DNA of 64,000 nt from Trichosphaerium sp. ATCC 40318 (lineage: Eukaryota > Protista > Tubulinea), in NCBI GenBank assembly GCA_038496445.1, contig JALMLS010000540.1:124001-188000 (forward strand), given 5' to 3'. This document shows positions 38,601 to 49,414 of the stretch, piece by piece. Every line of letters starts with the position of its first letter. Position 1 is the stretch's first letter. The notes below the pieces were generated by a model. That model ran no database searches. It was given only the letters and a program-made list of their open reading frames with translations, and had not been told where the DNA came from. The position numbers and the translations under genes were made by a program.

Positions 38601-40836
38601 GCAGTATGCCTGATGTTAGAGCTGCAATCGCTGAGCAGAGAGATGCTGCTCTTCCAAAGACACCTATTGAATCAAAAATAGAGGCACAGACTTTGAAGAT
38701 TATGAAATCTAAGTCTGATAATGTTGGGATGAGTAAGAGAGTATCAAAAGCTCAGGTGGTTAATCCTCTTGAAAAACCAGAACAAGTACGAACAGAAAGA
38801 TCTTTTTCCTTTGTTACTAGTAGAGTACTGACAGTTTTTTTGCTCTTAGCTTATTCAGTCTGTACAAGATATACGTAAACAACAAAAAACATACTCTGCT
38901 GCTATTGTAGGGACAGACCTACAATGTGTCGGCAAAAAAAGCTACACGGTACAAACATCTGTTTTAGTTGGGTTTTTGACTTTAAATAGGTTTTTAATTT
39001 ACGTGTTACTAAAGCACGATCCACTTGGGTAGTTACACGTAGGTACACAGCTTTCTATGAGCTCAATAGAGAGGTATGACACATATCATACTTTTTTAAT
39101 GAACAACGTTAACACGTGATAGTTTAAAGCAAAGATTAACTCAGGTCTTGGTTTTCCAAGCAAAAAACAAGCTCAAAACTTATCCCCAAGATGTGTTGAT
39201 AAGTTGCATCAGCAACTTCAAATATGGTATTGAGTTTTGATTATTTCTTTAAGTTCTAACTGAACTGTTGTTTAGGCTAGATCTCATTCTGATTGAACCT
39301 AATTTTAGTGATAACTTTAAACTTCGTGAGTTTTTAGAAAATGGTAAATCTGAGACTACTTTCACTCCTATGGATGCAAACCATGTTATAAAAGCCGATT
39401 TGGACTGTATAGGATACTTGTACGTTCACAAGATAACTGATTTTAACAATACTAACTAATGGTTTCCTTAAAGGTACTCCCTCCGTAAGAGCGCTTGGAA
39501 GTTTCATTGGTAAGCTTTATTTATTGTTTTTCATTATCTCATTTTGTTCACCTTAGGGCTATTCTGAGGCATGGTATATTGTATCAGTACAAAGAAGCTA
39601 TGAGTAAACATCCATATGCTTTCTCAGACTTTAGAAATTCTACAGCTGGTGTCATAGACAAGTCTGAACTCATCACTGTTCCAAAGAAAAGCGGTATGTA
39701 TTTTTGTTTTTGATGGTTTGTTGACAGTGTTGATGTTTGATGTGTAGATTCTCAATCAAAGATGTGTTTATTTTATGTATCAACTACTGATAAAAGAGAA
39801 TTCTTCGCAGCTGAATCGGAAGAAGATAGGATCAAATGGATTAAGGCGTTTTCTAATACTGAGTTATCAGCAATAGAAAAAAAGGTAGCTGTTCACTAAA
39901 AAGAGTTAGACGAAATTCATTTATTCTTGCTTAGAAACGACAACCTCTCTTTGCCCAGGCTGTAGATAAAGTATCCCTTTTGGATGATAAAGGAGTACCA
40001 GTTTTCTTTGCAACGTTGATAAACCTGTTGCTTGATTCAGGTAAGAGCGCTCTTCTTAGAGATATCATAAATAAGAAAAAATCACGAAAGATGTTAACCT
40101 TTTTTCACTAGGTATTTCACATTCAAATCTCTTCAGTCTACCTCAATCAAATACTATGGAAGTTAGAAATACATTAGACAAAGGCACTAAGGCTGCCAGA
40201 TCTGATTTATCGTGGACTGAAAATCCACATTTGGTAGCAAGTCTATTGCTTTTGTATTTGGTTGAGTTGCCTACACAACTTGTACCTGCTGACCAAAAAC
40301 ACGCTCTCTTTGGCATCTATAGTATGTATTTTGCCTATTTACTATTAATTGTGCTAACTAGTTTGTTGTAGCCATGAATGACGTTAAACAACGTCGTACT
40401 CTTCTGAAACAATTATTCAGTTTTATGCCTGAAGTCAATCGATGTATGCTTCACAAACTATTTAGTTTCTTGCATGTAGCTAGGTACGTTGAGTATTATA
40501 TGTTCTTAAATGTCTCCTTATTGTGATATTAGTTGCGAAGGATTGGAGCTTGACACGCTGACAAAGTTGTTTGGAAGGTAAGCTTATTTTCTTTGTACCT
40601 CGTTTTTTTTCTTACCTGGTTTTTTTTGTAGTCTTGTGTTTAGACCTAGTGTGTCGTATCAGAAAAAAGTAGTTATTGATTTGACAAAGAGCTTAATTAT
40701 TGATACATCAATAATACATTCTCCTCCACCTTCAACTCCCCGTGAAGTATCTGGCTCACCTAGAGCTGCAACTGTTATAGTTAGTCCACGTGATCAATGT
40801 CTTCTTGACCTCAAGATGCTTTTATCTCGAGAGTGA
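35672..40836 (+). CDS. Spectrin-repeat + basic SPRK region + PX + PH + RhoGAP-like protein
   Basis: Alpha-actinin-like helices (LKHWILRVTPQL, LLQWIIDTIPNL), PX (WVVTRRYTAFYELN...FPSKK), PH (FFAAESEEDRIKWIKAF) and RhoGAP (GVPVFF...NPHLVASLLLLYLVELPTQLVP...LFG...VFRP). The true 5' end is probably slightly upstream and unresolved. Confidence 0.8.
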
Positions 40837-41277
40837 ATTGAATGAATGAAATATAGTATAAATACTATATATTACTTGTTCACACCTGTGCGCATATTAC
40901 AGCCATTTTGTAGAATAGATGTATTTGTATCTGTCACCAGTATTAAAAATAAAACAAATTGTAACTTTACTTATTGAAATCTCTAAGCTTTGCTTCAGGG
41001 TCGAAATACGTATTCAGCGCAGGCACTTTGGGACATTTGTTGTTGAAAGTGATATGAAGTTACAAACTAGCCAAAAAAGAAGGTAATTCTTCAAGAATTT
41101 TTGCGTATTTGTAGTAGCAGTTGGATCTTTAACAACTTAGTACTAACTAAAAAAAAGAACAGTGGAAGGTAGTTTCTCTTTATTGTTATTTATTGTAGTA
41201 TTTGCCGTATCACATAACGCAATTGATCACTCTTCTGAGATTTACTATTCCATTACTGCCTTTGTATTTATAGAAGG

Positions 41278-41907
41278 ATGCACTCCCGCACAATAGAACA
41301 AATTGTAACCGTTGGTCTACCATTATTTATTGCCGTTGTGATTAGTACGCACTTGGAGTTTGTTGTAATAGCTTGACGTTTTTTAGCTGTTCTACTTGGG
41401 CAGAGTCCTAACGTTGAAAAGCAGTTTAACAGCAAGCTAAACACGACGACTGGTAAATTTTCAGAGTCTACAATAAGAAATAACAAGTTGGGAGCCGATT
41501 TATCAGGTTTTAATCATAGTGGAAGTGAAGCCATGTGCCCACTTAACTCTATGAGCAATAAGTCTACAATAAGAAACAACAAGTTGGAAGACGATTTATC
41601 AGACTTTATACATAATAGTGAACAAATATGTACACTTAACCCCTTGAGCTATAAATTGGATGAAATAGAGGCTGTGACAAGGGCCCACATTGCAGAATTT
41701 CAACGAAAACTGGATGCTGCTATGAAGGTGCAAATTGAGAATCAGAAAGGAATGGAGAATCAAATAGCTGAATTTAAGCGAGAAATACATGAAATGCATA
41801 GAGAGTGGTTAGGAAAGATAAAAGTTCAGGGTTATATAGTTATCACAGTGATGTGCTGTTTGGCGGTATTTGTGTACCTAATTATTGTTAAGACGGGTGT
41901 CAACTAG
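41278..41907 (+). CDS. Membrane protein with N- and C-terminal hydrophobic helices, internal 32-aa tandem repeat and coiled coil
   Basis: ATG 41278, then MHSRTIEQIVTVGLPLFIAVVI, an intron (gtacgc...tttag), and an in-frame join to ORF 41488-41907. C-terminal YIVITVMCCLAVFVYLIIV is a TM helix. Confidence 0.6.
41465..41656 (+). repeat. 96-bp tandem duplication (2 copies) in coding sequence
   Basis: agtctacaataagaaaYaacaagttggRagMcgatttatcag at 41465 and 41561, encoding STIRNNKLGADLSGF / STIRNNKLEDDLSDF. Confidence 0.85.
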
Positions 41908-42315
41908 ACCCCTAGTGACTTGAAACTAATAACCATTAATGTTGCTTTAGCAATACTGCAACCATAGTTAGTATTCCAACTCAGAATAATCAACAACATT
42001 TTCCTTTTCTCAATGGTAAAGTCGTACATGTTGTGAACAACGTTACTAATAGTAACATGAATATTAACTAAACTGCACATTTCATAGTAGTCTTGTCCTT
42101 TCATTTGAGTAGACAGTTCAATCTTGAGCCGTCCTAAACCATTGTAAGCCTCGGCTTGTTTCACTCTAATGGCCACATTCTCCATCAAGATTGCACATTA
42201 CGAGCAAAATGAATTGGCCAGAGGGATGTTCACAAATTTGGTTTTGGAATCTCCTAGAAAAACGTTGAGTACTTGCTTGTAACTTAACTCCGAAATATAT
42301 TCATACACTATTAAC

Positions 42316-43295
42316 ATGAGCACCAAACGTAAACGAAAGGAAAATACTAAAACCACAGACCTAAAACGGCAAAAAGTAACGAAAAAGAGCACTAAAGGTG
42401 CACCTACAGAGCCTAAACGTAATGCTAAAGGCGAGATATTATTTCCTGATTACAAAGCTTTCAAACCCAACATGGTACCTCTAAAATACCTTAAACACGC
42501 GCATAATGCATTAAAATAATAGTTTAGTTTAAAACTATTGGCGTTAAAAAGAACTAACTTATTTCTCCTTTAGACGCCAAAAGAAGTGATACAAAGCGGT
42601 AGTTTCGGCGGTGGGTACTTTCGGACGATAAATTCTACGATAACTAAGAAAGTCGAGAAGGCAGACGATCCAAAAACTGGTTGGAAAGAACTACCAAAAG
42701 ATTGGTACGTCTACCACACCTTCCAACGTTTTGAAGAAAAACAACTCTGCAAACATCCCTCAATTCACCGCCCTTCATTCTTCGGCTTCTTTTTCGCTTA
42801 CATATAGAAGGTTCAAAGGGTTGGACATCAAGAAGCAAGTTACAAATGCCAAGTATGATAAAAAAGTGAATTTCTTCAAAGTGAAGAGTGGTGCTGATTT
42901 ACACGAATGGGAGAGTAAAAAGTGGATTGTAGAGCAAGATCCTAGGTGAGTTGATATACTATCCACCTTTAAAGTGCTTATAACATGTAGGGGTTGGTTT
43001 CAGTGGTATTGTAGGTTTTACACTGGCAGACGAACAGATGATGATGAAAGACAAATCAAAAGATGGTCAGGTACTCGCACATAGCACTAGATACGATGAG
43101 TTTTTAGCTGAGTTTCCTAAAGGGGTATGTGGACCACGTGGTAGATGGAAAAGAAATCTTGTAAAGAAGATAATGAAGGCAAACAAATCTTATGATGATT
43201 CTACTGTATCACCTGTAGTGAGACAGACGTTACAGCATTGGGCGTACAGACTTAGTGAAGAAGACTTTGAATCAGTTTCAGACTCAATTAGTTAA
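42316..43295 (+). CDS. Conserved uncharacterised protein (zgc:113208-like family)
   Basis: FPDYKAFKPNM|TPKEVIQSGSFGGGYFR...WESKKWIVEQDPR|GWFQWYCRFYTGRRTDDDERQIKRW...CGPRGRWKRNL...VSPVVRQTLQHWAY. Confidence 0.8.
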
Positions 43296-43579
43296 AGGTA
43301 TACCAGATAACAAAGAGCCATAAAATGATTAGGAAACGCTCATAAACTGTTTTTTATTTCAACCAATTCAACTATTCTGCAGAAAGGGTCCCACCACTAT
43401 AACTACTATAGATTATACCCACTTACTGTCGGGTTCTACATCTTGTTTAAACGAGATAACAACAGCAAATGAGCTTGAAAAATGTACAATAAAGTTAAGA
43501 AGTGTTTTGGTTGTCAACTAATTTATTCTTTTCATGCTCATGTCCTTTTTTCATACCTAATAACGGTCACTACCATAGC

Positions 43580-44608
43580 TCAACACTGAAGCATTTCTCC
43601 GTTTTCATTCCAGACTGATATCCCACCATTTACTTTCCCATCAAGTAAGACAGAGCTTTCCTTCAAGAGACCATTTTTGTGCCATTCGGTTTTTTCACCA
43701 TTTGGTATACCATCAATCCACATACTAGTGGACTTTAGTTGTCCATTGTCATACCACTCTTTCCCTTTCCCAGTTTGCTTACCATCAATCCACGTACTGG
43801 AGGATTTGAGCTGTCCATTCATATACCAAAATCTGCATTCCCCATTTTTCTTATCAGCAAGCCATACGCTACAGAACTCAACTTGTCCATTCTCATACCA
43901 TCCCTTTGTTTCACCGGTTTGCTTATCATCAAGCCATATACTTTCAGACTTAAGTTGTCCATTCTCATACCAATCTTTTGTTGCACCATTTTGAAGACCA
44001 TCAGCCCACATTGTCTCTGCCGCAATCTGCCCATTCTCAAACCATTCTGTATGTTTACTTATTGGCTTTCCATCATCCCAATTACAACGTACCTTGAGTG
44101 AACCATTTTCATTCCACCTGCGGCATTCACCACTTTGTTTGCCATTAACAAACATGCAATGGACCTTAAGCTGTCCATTTGAGTACCAATATTTGTATTC
44201 ACCATTTCGTATACCATCAACTATAGTTGTTAGTTTTAAAAGTTGTCCATTCTCTCCCCAAACTTTGAATAACCCATTTTCTTTATTATCCACCCACACG
44301 CCATGGCAGTGAAGTTTTCCACACTTACGCCATGTTTTAGAATCACCATTTAGTTTCCCACCTCTTGAATAGTGGAAATGAGCCTGTACCTCTCCGGTTT
44401 CGTACCATTGAATCCATGTTCCTTTCTTGTTTAGTGCTTCATCAAAATGTGTATTGATCGCTGCTCTCCTTGACAATGTATGGAACTTTGTAAACGCTTC
44501 AATGTTGTATGCACAAATCCGCATTTGAATTACACATGGGAGATCCAGCAAGGTCACAGACGGCATGTTCTGTTTTTTTAATTGGAATTTTTTACTAACC
44601 GAAGACAT
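43580..44608 (-). CDS. F-box-like + MORN-variant (MORN_2/YwqK-like) repeat protein, copy 1
   Basis: Intronless. N-terminal LLDLPCVIQMRIC followed by about 11 units of ~24 aa (W-Y-E-N-G-Q-L-K...DG..NG). Confidence 0.85.
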   Translation of the reverse strand: MSSVSKKFQLKKQNMPSVTLLDLPCVIQMRICAYNIEAFTKFHTLSRRAAINTHFDEALNKKGTWIQWYETGEVQAHFHYSRGGKLNGDSKTWRKCGKLHCHGVWVDNKENGLFKVWGENGQLLKLTTIVDGIRNGEYKYWYSNGQLKVHCMFVNGKQSGECRRWNENGSLKVRCNWDDGKPISKHTEWFENGQIAAETMWADGLQNGATKDWYENGQLKSESIWLDDKQTGETKGWYENGQVEFCSVWLADKKNGECRFWYMNGQLKSSSTWIDGKQTGKGKEWYDNGQLKSTSMWIDGIPNGEKTEWHKNGLLKESSVLLDGKVNGGISVWNENGEMLQC

Positions 44609-45130
44609 CTTCTAGGAAATGGTTAGAAATACCAACAAATGGCTACGAAAGAAGAAACTTGACGTGTCCAGCTCTAAAAATTGGCTAGTGAGGTGTTTTC
44701 TGGCGTATTGCTTACTATAAACGTAGGGGCTGTCCTCTGATGCTTTCAATACCAAAGAAAGTAATACTAGAGCAATACCAGACCAAATAAACAGAAAAAA
44801 CAATTTAAGGGACTCGAGAATAGAGTGAGCCGCGTTACTTGTCTGTAGCGCAATTCCCAGTATGCGAGAGTGTCGTTCTTAACGGAAAGTAGGATAAGTC
44901 AAGTCATGTTCAATTTAGCGGTCAACGTTAGTGTGAGGTAGAGCTTGGTGAAATCGTTTTGAGAATTCTCGGGTTAGTTGCAATGCCGTCAGCAGATACA
45001 ACGTGAGCTAACAACTCTACCTCATCTTTGAATAGCACATTCTTTAAGCATAATATTATGCTCTTCCAAGGAGAAAACATTTAAGATACAAAGTGTAAAC
45101 GTAACACGATTATTTATTTAAAGTATAATT

Positions 45131-45624
45131 CTAAGCATGCTGAGGTGTTAGCTTTCCATCTCTTACTGTAAAGTGAACATCGTTGATGCTAATATCAATG
45201 AAAGCAAGGCTATTTTTTCCACTTGGAACAGGCAACTTTTGATTAAATTTAACGGTGTACGCGCCGTCACGTGGACTACCGACATACCCAACATAGTACG
45301 CTAGATTTACAGTTAAAAGGTTTTTCCTCAAATAGTAAGACGCGTACCTAGTTCGCCTGATTTTACGTCGAAAGTCCCTCCAGGCGGTATATCTACGTAG
45401 CAGGATGGATCTGGTTCATCGTGGGATACAGAGGACGCTTCACGGTCAAGTTGAGCTCCATTTAGAGTAACACTCGCTATGTCAATCGTAGGATCGCCAC
45501 AGTAACGCTCTTGCAAGTGTGCGAACTTTACAGTGTCTTTAGTTCCATTTGTTATCTTTGTAGCAATCTTAGCGTGATAATAGCCTCCAGAGCTAGTAAA
45601 GACCAGCGTAGCTGCACCTTTCAT
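45131..45624 (-). CDS. Small beta-sandwich protein (two exons), possibly similar to the M35 protease pro-domain
   Basis: ORF 45328-45660 splices (gtacgc...atctag) in frame into ORF 45131-45331: KITNGTKDTVKF...YVDIPPGGTFDVKSGELAYY...GAYTVKF. Confidence 0.55.
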
Positions 45625-46450
45625 AGTAAATATCTTATTTACTGCTTTAAGGTAAGCCAAAAACCGAAATGGTTTTTAAACTGTGCAAACACAGTAACGT
45701 CCTTCAAAATCACGTGCCTGAAAAAAGGTGTTATTATCACGTGATTGAAAAAAGATATTGAGAGAATTATTCTATTCAAGAAGATAACTTTCGCCAGCAT
45801 CTCACAGAGCCATTTTGTTTGGTATAATAGCCCTTGTGGGGTTCAGCGCAAACAGTGGTTCTTGCCCAAATGCTGATAAGATATTGCCCGTTGCAGGCAA
45901 GTTTGCCGGGGAAACCAAGAAAGTACAGATTTGCATAGTAAGGTTGTCCAACTTGTGACAGGACTCAGGACTGAGGCTGTTGATGGGTAAAAGCTCGCTT
46001 AAACGTGACACTTCTGAAAGAACTTGCATATTCTGTTAGTTCTTGCCTTTATTGAACGAAATAGCAGTTTGCATACATAGAATTTTTCGCACTTGCTTGC
46101 GACGCACTATAAAGCAAAAATAAGCTGCGACTTGATACTAAAGTTCTGTCACAGCTACAATCAGTAAGGTTATCTTGCTTTCCCAAACTCGAAAATAGTT
46201 GCTGCTATAAAGTGTCAAACGACGGAAGAACAATAGATATCTGGTACATTGTATTTGCAGATTTCAATTTAATAAGCTGCGCTGTTCCCTCCGTTGGAGC
46301 ATCAGTGGCATCAGTTGGAGGATTAACAGTGCTTCCATTCACAGCGATACTAGTCAAGATATTGCCCAAATACAATTGAATGTATTGATGCTCTAAAAGA
46401 AAAAGGTGTATAAGTTCACTATCAAATAAAACAATTTACTGTTGTCCAAC

Positions 46451-46791
46451 ATGATTTTTAATCTTGGTGGCTAAGTATGAAAGGTACATGGTCCACTGAG
46501 AGAACATCAGCAAGTAATGTTACTTCTCTGTCTTTTTGCCAGTATACTTCAAGTGAGCAAAATATCCAATGTCTTTTTCACTTATGAACTTTCTTTCAGA
46601 ATGTTATTTCAGCGTAGAGATACTTTACGCATTCCGCCTGTCAATATGCCTCTATTTTACCCTCTATATTTGCTTCCTAACTACACGTGCTTAAGTCAGA
46701 TACAACATATTTTACTAGAAAAACCAGCACTAACGAAATAACAACAGCGAGGTATCAAGTACTTTTGTTGAGCCACCAAGATTAAAATCAT
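46451..46791. mobile_element. Possible MITE-like element bounded by ~21-bp inverted repeats
   Basis: atgatttttaatcttggtggct (46451) is the reverse complement of agccaccaagattaaaatcat (46771) apart from one homopolymer indel. No target-site duplication recognised. Confidence 0.35.
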
Positions 46792-46828
46792 TAAACGCAA
46801 TAAATCTCCAGACAATAACGGGCTACAA

Positions 46829-47788
46829 ATGGCTAAACGCACAGTACGTACAATATACTTGCGATTTACGCAATCTCTAATGTGTAATTAGAAAAATGAG
46901 AGCAAAAAAGATCAATTCTTAAATCTAGTACACCTGCCTGTTGAGTTACAACTAGATATAATAGAATTAGACTTTGAAATGTATTTGAAATGGCCAATGT
47001 TATCAAAACGAACAGCAATGATAACACGCTTTGATTCTGACTTAAAAAAGCATGGAAAATGGATTAAAAGAAGCTCAAGTACATCAAGAGTATTATGTCA
47101 AGAGTACTTAAGTCATGGCAAACGTCAAGGTGAATACAATGAGTGGCATCCGAATGGCAAACAATGGGTAAAGTGTAAGTACATAGATGGTAAATCAGAA
47201 GGAGTCTATAAAGAGTGGTATGACAATGGACAACTCACGGAACAGAGTTATTATGTCAATGATAGACAAGAAGGGGAATGTAAGAATTGGCATCGAAATG
47301 GAACTTTGTGGATCCAAGCTAATTACACTAGTGGTTGTAAGAGACAAGGAGATTATACGGAGTGGTTCAATAACGGACAATTGAAGAAAAAATGTTTTTA
47401 TGTTAATGGCAAACAAGAAGGAGAGTATAAGAAGTGGTACATAACTGGTCAATTGAGGAAACAACGTACTTACTCAAATGGTAAACAAGAAGGAGAATAC
47501 AAAGTGTGGTATGAAAGTGGACGATTGAAGAAAGATGGGTTTTATGTTAATGGAAACCTAGAAGGAAAGGTCAACCACTGGCACAATAATGGTAAAATTG
47601 AAATACAATGTAAGTATTCGAAAGGAAATAGGCATGGAGAGTATAAGGAGTGGTACTACAGTGGACAAGTGAAGAAGTGGGGATTTTATGATAATGGAAG
47701 ATTGAAAGAAGACATGTTAAAGTGGAATAAACAAGGTCAAATAGTAGAACAACTTGAAGAAGAAACATGGTTTAAAGATTATGAATAA
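46829..47788 (+). CDS. F-box-like + MORN-variant repeat protein, copy 2
   Basis: MAKRT, intron 46844-46891, then KNESKKDQFLNLVHLPVELQLDII...WPMLSK...RFDSDLKKHGKW and about 9 units like EGEYKEWYDNGQL. Confidence 0.85.
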
Positions 47789-47959
47789 ATAAAATTACAC
47801 TACGTGTAAATTTTCAGTAATCACGTGTTGAGCATGTTTTAATTCAGAGACAATGTTGTGAGAAATTGAGTCCATTTTGAAAGTAAACAATACACTCACA
47901 AAAAAGTAAAATCAAGGTAAAGAATGAAAGCTACGTTAAGTACTAGCTATAAAATATGT

Positions 47960-48631
47960 TCAGACAAGGTACTGTCTACTCTTATCTCTTGAATTGTTAT
48001 AAACTGGCGTTGCTCGTTTCCATACACTCTTGCTTTCATAAGCTACTTCTCCATCTTCACACCAATATTTCATTGTATTTTTATGCAGTTGACTACATAT
48101 GTAAAACCCATGCATTTTCAACTGGCCATTATCATGCCACTCCATGACTTCTCCGGTAACTTTACCGTTAAGATAGTGCCTCTTACTCGATATCATACCA
48201 TTATCATGCCACTCCATGACTTCTCCAGTAACTTTACCGTTAATATAGTGTCTCTTAGTACGCATCCTACCATTTTCATGCCACTGTGTTTGCTCTACCT
48301 TAACATCATTTACGTAGTGCTCCTGGATTCTCAGTCTAAAGTTGTGCCACTCTTTATATTCTCCTTCTTTTTTACTTTTTACAAACTCTTGCTCTTGCTT
48401 AACAAAACAAAATCCGCGATGACGTGTCGTGTTTTTCCTCCCAAGCACTCCTATTTTCAGATGATGTCTACACCATTTGCCATGTTTGTTAAGTTCGTCA
48501 TCAAATCTTGTTGTTGTTGCTGTGTACTTTGATAAAAGAGGCCACAAGGTATACAATCGACCGTAAGAAAAATCAATGATATAAAGATGTAGCTCAACAG
48601 GAAGCCGCAATAAGTGACATGGCTCATACAC
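47960..48631 (-). CDS. F-box-like + MORN-variant repeat protein, copy 3
   Basis: LLRLPVELHLYII...LWPLLSK...RFDDELNKHGKW followed by GEVMEWHDNG repeats. A short first exon near 48708 is probable. Confidence 0.8.
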   Translation of the reverse strand: MYEPCHLLRLPVELHLYIIDFSYGRLYTLWPLLSKYTATTTRFDDELNKHGKWCRHHLKIGVLGRKNTTRHRGFCFVKQEQEFVKSKKEGEYKEWHNFRLRIQEHYVNDVKVEQTQWHENGRMRTKRHYINGKVTGEVMEWHDNGMISSKRHYLNGKVTGEVMEWHDNGQLKMHGFYICSQLHKNTMKYWCEDGEVAYESKSVWKRATPVYNNSRDKSRQYLV

Positions 48632-49414
48632 CTCTAGCGAACTTTGCTAATGGAGTAAACAGTTTCAAGTTTTTTAATCCGTACGAAGTTACCTTGTTGT
48701 TTGACATTGTACGTTACTCTGAACTCAAGTCTCTTTACTGCTAGCGAGAGCTTGCTAAACAGACGCCAATCCTTCAAATGCGTCAACCAATGCAAAAGGA
48801 GACTGTATGGCAAGTAAAACTGTAGTTCCTTACAAGCCACGTGTTTCTTGATACAGTTTGAACGAAATGCACAAATACGAATGTTTGTTGACCAACAAGT
48901 GTGCTTTCTACTTTAATATGAATACGTGTTACGGTTCTGAGTAAGCCTGATACAAATTACTAAATCGGTTAACACCAGCCACAAACATTAAATATCTTTC
49001 GGTTTTACATAATAGCTTCATTAGCTATGACAGTTTCTGCTTCAATATTTTTTTAGCTGGTTAGCCTATCCACCTCCACTATCACCAAAATAACTACGTT
49101 TTACCAGCCAGTACTTTTACGTATCCATAATAGTAAGGGTGTAATCACCTGTGCACTGTCTTTCGATGGGTCATTGCGGTGTCATTGGAAAAAGTTGCCA
49201 AGACAAACAGATGGTTTTTCCTTTTTGGTTTGTTATCATGACAACGAAGACCTCATTTATACAGGAAATCCTTATAAATTCTTCAAAATTGCGCTACTTA
49301 GAGGCTCAACAATAACAAAAGAATGAAAAGAAATGCAACAAAACAAAGAAGTGTTTGAAATTGTACAATTGTTATTTATTACTTATGTAATAAGGTTATT
49401 CTATAATACGAAGT

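Noticed and set aside
41904-42188. 94-aa minus-strand ORF
   Set aside because: No motif or splice support. It cannot be distinguished from a chance ORF.
45802-46489. Possible multi-exon minus-strand gene between MORN copies
   Set aside because: Some exon-like segments are present, but I could not build a consistent spliced frame.
43580-48631. Bacterial YwqJK toxin-antitoxin system
   Set aside because: The YwqK similarity reflects only the generic MORN-variant repeat. No toxin gene is recognisable, and copy 2 has a spliceosomal intron.
43580-48708. Intact endogenous giant virus
   Set aside because: No NCLDV hallmark genes (major capsid protein, PolB, A32 ATPase, VLTF3) and no terminal repeats in the window.
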